DNA of 63,966 nucleotides, counting the filler, from Sluysia triapertura (lineage: Eukaryota): assembly GCA_046118255.1 (NCBI GenBank). It is 5 parts of 5 records of this genome, joined end to end, with 100 filler letters (N's around TTAATTAATTAA, not from the genome) between each part and the next. Parts side by side here need not be neighbours in the genome. Positions count along the whole stretch, not along the records: positions 53,093 to 63,966 come from JBJNIA010192251.1; 4 more parts are not named here. One strand, written 5' to 3'. The position numbers and the translations under genes were made by a program. The notes beneath the pieces are model-generated. The model saw only the letters and a list, made by a program, of their open reading frames with translations, was not told where the DNA came from and made no database searches. Positions 56,633 to 63,966 of this stretch are shown here, in pieces (positions within the stretch are counted from its first letter, which is position 1; every line of letters begins with the position of its first letter).

Positions 56633-59600
56633 GGTGTATAAATCGAAAAATAATTATAATCAATTTATGATTAACGAAGATATTAAAAAAATTAACGTAT
56701 TTTCTTACCTACATCCCGCGGGCTATACATTGAAAAAAGTGTTTTTTTGTGGTGTGGGTTATACTTCAATAGTTGAGAAATTTATTTTATTGATCCTAAA
56801 GAAATATTAATTTTCCAATGAATATAATGTTGTCTACAACCAAAAACAGTGTTATTTAAAGAGAAACATTTAAATTTATATTTATTTGGTGATATCAAAA
56901 AACATTAAACTACATATGTGCGCGGGTGATTTTTATAATGTAGGTTACATATTAAGTGAGGATTATACATGTTTTGACAGATATATTATAATTTAATGTT
57001 TTTAAAAACCAGCATGTCTTATTTGAATAAATAAATTAATTAAATAATATATTGTTATTGCTAAAATAAATTGAATATTTTTTATTATCCAGAATAAGCC
57101 ATATCTAACCTCCATGAAGAACCATAATGAGAATAGTTTTTTTCTTGGAACAAGTCGGTGATTCAATATTACCTTAATTAAAACATATTTTAAATGATAA
57201 TACAAGGAATTTATAATGCAGAAAATTATTTTATTTTCCATCTACACCACACTTTGTTCCACGAATTAGACTTCTACAATACACATAGTAGATAATTAAT
57301 TCAAATTTAACTTAATTTGTTTTATTAATATTATACAATAATTGTAAAATATTTTTGCCGCTTATTATAAGAAATAAATTACCAAGAAAATTAGATGAAG
57401 ATTAAGTGATAGTGACACAATCAAATATAAACGAGCTGAATTACAATAATAACAAAGAGAAATAATAATATACTGTGAACAAAAATTCTTCATATTCAAT
57501 TAAAGATTTATATAATTGATGCATGGATATGTTTAAGGAAATTGGGTTTTTGAAAATTTATTCATGTTTTATTATTCAACATTATTTCGAGAGAAAATTA
57601 TTTTTATTTTAATTATTGTTTAAATGTGAAAATAATAGAATTTACTTTTATTTTATTTAGCATAGCCAGACTAGCATACTAAACTATAATTTCCATAATT
57701 AAACTATATATAAACTAATAGATAACATGCTAAAATAATACATAATCTAAGAGCATTATAACTTACGTTTCTTAGAATTCTTAAAGTAAGAACTTTGTTT
57801 AGACTTCGCCAATCGACCTACGCATTTAAATATTACGAATAAATATTTAGTTAATTGTTAATTTAGATTACAGTTTATACATAAATGGTTTATAGATGAT
57901 ACCGATATTCCTTTCTTTTTTATAATACCAAAAACTAGCACCATAATAAACCGAAATTAAAATAAAAGCTATAGCTAAAAATACAGAAAGTATTTTTTTC
58001 ATATTATAATCTATTCATTATTAATTAAGTAGCTAATTTGTTAGTAAAATTGTATGTTTAATAATGTATTAAAAAATTCGTGTTTACAATCAATATTTCG
58101 AACTTAGTACGTATTTTCAATTACATAAAATTGTTTATTTAATAACAATGATTTCCTGGCTGCAGTACAAAAAACGAATTAATTGTTCACTAAACAATAA
58201 AATTATTTAATTTTTACAAAAATTATTTTATTATTAGTATTATTTGATTCTTTTATTATTTTATTCATTTGTTTAATCGTGAATCAGAAACTCGATCAGG
58301 ACTTGAATAATCAAATTATTTCAAATTTATGCCTACTCGAAAATTGTTATATTAACAAAGATTGTGTAGATTGGATCAAAGTGTATTCACAAAACCATAA
58401 CAGTAAACCTATCGAATACAAATTATCTACAATCTTAAACATGTCTCAATTCTTTCACATCTCGTAATACATTCAGTATCATGTATATTTTTAACAACTT
58501 CATGTTCAATTCAGCATTACCTTCAATATTAACATCATTTTCATCAACAACAACAGCGTCAGCATTCGTAACAATAACCTTGTCAAGCAGCATAATTAAA
58601 TTGGCCTATTTCAATTTAAAATTAATTTAATGCGTTTAACACAGAATCAAAAGAAATAACTTTCCTTTCTACTCCAATATCTTAAACATTTTCAAACTAC
58701 TAAGATATTTTCATCTCCTTTTATTTAGTAATAACTTTTTAATCACTGTAATATTAAAGATAATAATAATTATAACTTCTTACTGCGTTACTTATCATAT
58801 AATTATACTTGGCCCAATTAATCTTTGTTTTTCTTATAAAATGGATGCTCATAATAAAAATAATTCCGAATGAGCAAAGCTCATGTGGAGGGGAGTTTAT
58901 GTAACTTTAACTGACCTTTGTGAAGAAATATTTTAGTCTAAAGATTGCAATGCTGGTACCTCTCCAGGAAGCATATATTATAAAACATATTTCACGACTT
59001 GTCGAATTAAACTTGCACTTTTTAGTAATGCCGTTGTTCCATCTAACTTCCAACCTGATTTATAATTGGGTGTTCACGTAATGTGTCATTTTTATAAAAC
59101 AATTGTCATCCTCAGCATTAAAAGTCGATGATTTAATTATTATATAAGATCAAATGTTGAATCGAGCTGCTTGTCTTCAAACTAGAAATGACATAATCTC
59201 TAACATCGAAAAAGAAAGTACTTTATTTTTTAAAAAAACAGCAAAGTCAAATGCTGCAGATGAATACTCTTGATCATTTTAATGCAGCTGATGTAATGAA
59301 TTACAGAAAAGCTTATAGAAAGAAAGTATAGAAGTATTTAGCAGTTTGAAATCAGCTAGCACTAATGATTTTGAGATTAACAAACACAACGAAGTACAAA
59401 ATCGATTCCCTTTACGATGATCGGAAGAAATTACATAAAAATAAGTTTTCATTACAGATGCAATTAAAGTAATTTTGGACATTGCGCAAAGAGCAAATCC
59501 AGAACAGTTAGAAGTTCCTAAGGATAAAATAAATCAAGTAAAGATGATAATTTCCCTTCACTTAATACGATAACTTAACAAATATCGCGACTTCTATTTG

Positions 59601-60645
59601 CAATTACTTTTTTCAAAATTGCCAACATTCTCAGTCGTACAGTAGAAAAACTTATTACATTAGGTAAACGATTAAAACGCGTTTTATTAAAAATTTATTT
59701 AACTTACAAGATTAACGTTAGAAAATATCTAAAATATTTTTACCTATAGATGAACCAAATTTTTCTGCATGCCGTGCTTTCTTCGAAAATTCTATGTACT
59801 CTTAATCAACTATGCGTCAAAGTGTTTATCATGTAATTGAAACCTCAGCAACATTTGATAAATTCAGCTGTTATAACAAAATTTCTGTGCATCTTAATGT
59901 TATCACTAGGGTTCATCATTTCGTCACCCTCATTAAGATAAAATACCAAATAATAAAATTTTAACAAAGTTTTATTTAGAATATCAAATAACGAAGTTAA
60001 AAGTAGTCAATTGTTTAATTTACGAGTAAAATCAAAATATTTTTATTATCGCAGATTGGCAGTAGAAAACGTGTCATAATAAATATTGAAATAAATAATT
60101 CTCTTTTAAGGTTGAATAAACTTTGCATTTTAAGCTCAGACGTTATTTTAACGAATCCTACTTCTAATCAGATAGAAATGAGATCAACAATATTAATTAT
60201 CTCGAAATAGTCCGAAAAATAATGTTGAATTAAAATTAATTAGTAAAGAACCATCTGAATTTAAATCCTCCTACACTTTTCAATCAATGTTTATTCGTTA
60301 TAGCAACCTTCAGTGATTCGATGATTATTATGTCTTACGGCAAAAGAATATTCGTAAATCCATTGCACTTAGAGTAAATTACATGATTTTTGTTACCAAT
60401 ATTCCTCCATCATTAATATGTCCAATTAATAAGCCTATGTCAAGTTTAGGAAAATTCATTAGTTTTACTTTTATTGTATTTAAAAGATTGGTAAATCACT
60501 CTATAGTCATGTATACCTTTCTAGAAGCTCAGCATTCTCTTCCATATCTTTCTTCATTTGATTTCGGGCTCTTTTCTCGGTTTTAAAAAGTACGCTACAT
60601 AAATGTTAAAGATAACGAAATATGTATTGTTTTAATAATATTTAA

Positions 60646-61280
60646 TCGATATAATTTGTGTCTGTCTTTATATGCATTCGAACTGTGGATAATCTAGACC
60701 CAAACTATGTAGATATTAAGAATCAAAATACTTGTAAATATTCTAATATTCAAAGTATATAAATATTTTGATGTTTTAATGAATCAACTAAACAAATTAT
60801 ATTGGATTCAACTGTTTATTAATAATCAAAGTCAAAAATAAATTGAAGGAGTACAAAATTAAATATCTAGAAAATCAATCCGATCTCAATAAATCAGTAA
60901 ATATGCCACCAAAAAAGAAAAGAATGATTATGAATAATAATCGACGACGTCTATTAAAAGATCATAATTCTAAAAACTTCGAAGAGCAAATGAGGCGCAA
61001 GAAAGTTTTGATAGATTAGAACAAGATGCACTTAGACATCTTAAATTCAAACACTATGAAACTGAATAAAGCTAATAGGCAAAGAAAAATTACAACAAAT
61101 CGAACAAGAATCTTCATAATATCGCTTTGAATGAAGCAAATAGCGACGAATATCACATCAGATTTATGAATTATATTTGTTTATACTGCAATTCAATTAA
61201 TTTCCAGAAAAAGATATGTCGTGGTATCATTGATTAAAGATCCTTTTACTTATTCAAATTCTGATTCTTAAAACTTCATG
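60646..61280 (+). mobile_element. Decayed Helitron 5' region and RepHel N-terminus
   Basis: Helitron-like leader TGTGTCTGTC..ATGCATTC; MPPKKKR; RLEQDALRH; EYHIRFMNYICLYCNSINFQKK zinc-finger start typical of RepHel. Confidence 0.6.
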
Positions 61281-61444
61281 AACCTAAGAAATGATAACGT
61301 CGTTGCCTTTGTATATATTGGAGCAGAATTTAATCAGACGTCTGAATATGGTACATACTAGGTATAAAACCTGTTTGTAATAATCATTATGCGAAATTAC
61401 GTCCACAGAGTACAAAAGAGGAGTCAAGTATTCTATTATTATTA

Positions 61445-61524
<80 letters not shown>

Positions 61525-62132
61525 GCTAATATTATGCTATTGTAATAATGTAGCATTGATAATTAAAGGTTAACTGTGAGAATATTCTCGGTAATTATAA
61601 TTTAGGGATTGAAACACAAATAATAATTATATAATAACGAACATGATTCTTGACATTAAATGAATACATAAACTGCATTTTTACTCTTCCTATCTTAATG
61701 TAGAACTTAAAATAGAACTAAAATATATTAGCGTTATAAATCTAAGCATATAATTGTTGTGCAGCCTGTGCAATAGTGATACCACTGTAAAATCGAAATT
61801 ACTCTTAGAAGATCGTAAATTGTTTCAAATTGTTGTGCTGATATAAAATTGAACTAAAATGTCTTGGTGAACTTTATGAAGATGTTGGAAATACTTAAGC
61901 TGTACGAAAATTATTTCTATTTTCAGATTAGTGTTGTTACATAAGTACAAACAATTTATCGTCCAAAGTTAAGTTTTGAGTCGCGATAAAATGAAAGATA
62001 TTTGAGATATCAAAGATGATTTAGAATAAAATTATAATGAATTCTAAAGATCTAGTTATCACTTGAAGTATAGCACTGTGAATTAAATAGCTGCGTAAGG
62101 TTTAAGCACCAAGTGTACATGAAATACTAAAG

Positions 62133-63846
62133 CAGGAGTCGACAACATTTTTGCTATGTGGGGCGGAATGCGTTTTTTGAGAGAGTGCCGGGCCGGAGGT
62201 TTTCTTAAAAATATTATAATAAAAGTTTATCAAATTGCTTAAAATCAATAAAATAATGAAGATTCTTGAAATATTTTAGTTATACATATAATACGCAAGT
62301 AAGTTGACAAAAAATGTATTTTAAAAATCTTTTGTATTCAAAAATCTAAAATTTGAATAATTAATGGGAAGCTTGATGTTCTTTGTTACATGAAAGCTTC
62401 TCAATATTTGGTGTCAAGCCTATCGATGCCAACAAAACATTCAAATTGCTCTCGGTTAACTTGTTCTCAAATTGTTTTTATATTTATTAAATTTTTAGTT
62501 TTTAATTTTGTGAATTTTTTGCTATTTTTGCTGAAAAATCGTTCTCTCACTGCTATTGGCTGTCCAATCAAAAGAATAATATGAAGCAATGTCAAGAGTC
62601 TTGATTGGACAGCATATTACACAATGAATTGATCAGATCTTTGATCATATTCACAAATATTTCTGGATTTTGTGGTTTATATTCTTGAAGGATTGGAAAA
62701 TTTACAGAATGTTCTTGTTGAAGCCTCAGGTATAGTTTTCTTTCAAATACAAGAATATGACCAAACATTTCATTTATAAGCTGAGCTTTACCTTGCAAGT
62801 GTAAATTCAAGTTATTTAAATGACTCGTAATGTCCGCAAGAAACTCCAAAGATGCAGTCCATTCAGGATCGCGAAAATTTGATACATCCACAAATTTACT
62901 TTGAAGGAAAATTACAAATTCATTATTTAATTTTAATAATTTTAAGCACTGAACTTTTGCTTAACCAGCGAACATTGGAAAAGTAGTTTATGTCTTCATA
63001 TTCAGCCTCTCTATCCACCAAAAATTGCTTAAATTGACAATGATTTAATCCACGATATAGGATCAGATTAACAACTTTCACAACAATGTCCATTACGTTC
63101 TTTAGTTTCAAAGAATTGGCACATAAGGCATCTTGATAAATAATACAATAGATTTTCACCAGCTTCTGTGGAATTCCAAGATTTTCCATATGTTCCTGTA
63201 ATAATGCAACAAAACCATTTTTATTTTCTCACATTGCCGATGCTGTCTCAGTTGTGATGCAAATTATTTTGAAATATCTAAGTTCATTTTGGATATCATA
63301 TTAATCACTAATTCAAAGATGTCCGCTCCAGTAACTCTATTCTTCAAATGAATTAATTAAATAAATTCTTCAAAAACATGGAAACTCGATGTCACTACTA
63401 TAATCTGAGCGGTGTCATTTAAGTCATTTAAGTCTGTAATTTCATCAACTGCAATTGAAATATATTGCAGGTGTTCATAAAAACTTTTAACATCTGATGA
63501 CATCTTTTCAATCTGTCTTGTGACAGTGCTGCAAGATATACTTATGAAAGAAAATAATGACTTTTTTCTGTCATTAAACATTGCTTAACAAATTCACCAT
63601 CCGCAAACGGTTTCATCTTTTCAGCGATGAGTCTTGACACTTCATAGTTTGCATGGGTATTAGCATCACATTCACTTTTTTCGTCGTAAAAATGATATTG
63701 GAATGTGACCTGTAATGTATTTAAGTTCGTAATGAATTAGAGGACAAACTACCAATGTAACAGTTTTGGCCGAAACTTGAAGACGATCTTCTCACTTGGA
63801 TACCAAAACGACTTAACATTCATTGAATTTGATGAATTGTGTAGTA
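62133..63846 (-). mobile_element. hAT transposon, GTF2IRD2/EPM2AIP1-like decayed transposase
   Basis: ISISCSTVTRQI, ISIAVDE..DTAQ, YCIIYQDALCA, RGLNHCQFKQFL, VRWLS, LEFLADITSHLNNLNLHLQGK; terminus CAGGAGTCGACAAC after TACTAAAG at 62133. Confidence 0.9.
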
Positions 63847-63966
63847 CAGGGGTCTTCAACCTTTTATAATTCTAGGAACCCTTCGTGCGCATGGGTTTCG
63901 TGAAGGAACCTCATGTTTCTCCTCCTGAACCTCATAAAGAAAATAATTTGTCAGAGTTTTTTCTAC
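63847..63966. mobile_element. Terminus of a further hAT element inserted into the preceding transposase (runs off window)
   Basis: CAGGGGTCTTCAACCTTTT followed by repeated GGAACC motifs. Confidence 0.6.

Noticed and set aside
58850-59930. Coding-like composition suggesting further decayed transposase or exon fragments
   Set aside because: No motif recognisable by eye in any frame; needs a translated search
60380-60590. Minus-strand peptide DIGLLIGHINDGGILVT resembling an MPN/JAB domain start
   Set aside because: Too short and interrupted by stops to support a call
61284-61556. ORF with poly-Ile
   Set aside because: Translation of an (AAT)n microsatellite

Overview
Very AT-rich animal genomic DNA, littered with (AAT)n microsatellites and decayed mobile elements. 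The window is a concatenation of five contigs joined by artificial 100-bp linkers (N44-TTAATTAATTAA-N44), so adjacency across those linkers means nothing. Host genes visible: a complete two-exon SENP8/NEDP1 deneddylase with a 30-nt intron, four internal exons of an ABCC/MRP1-type transporter, one exon of an rdgB/PITPNM gene, a probably dead terminal exon of an SK (KCNN) channel, a Rab pseudogene fragment and a few orphan exons. Mobile DNA: a decayed Gypsy (CsRN1-like) retrotransposon, two Tc1 fragments, two hAT transposase copies plus hAT and TTAA MITEs, Helitron pieces, and a heavily mutated protein-primed PolB of Polinton/Maverick (adintovirus-like) type that the ORF track misses entirely. 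The most striking unexplained structure is a non-coding module tied to that Polinton-like family. It consists of a ~70-110 bp TATA/Inr-like motif (three copies: two as an inverted pair, one upstream of the PolB) and three arrays of covarying 'stem-bulged A-CCTT-loop-AAGG-stem' hairpins (11 units). A second, separate ~400-bp repeat family (three copies) also keeps hairpins with compensatory changes. All homology calls are from motif recognition by eye; no searches were run.
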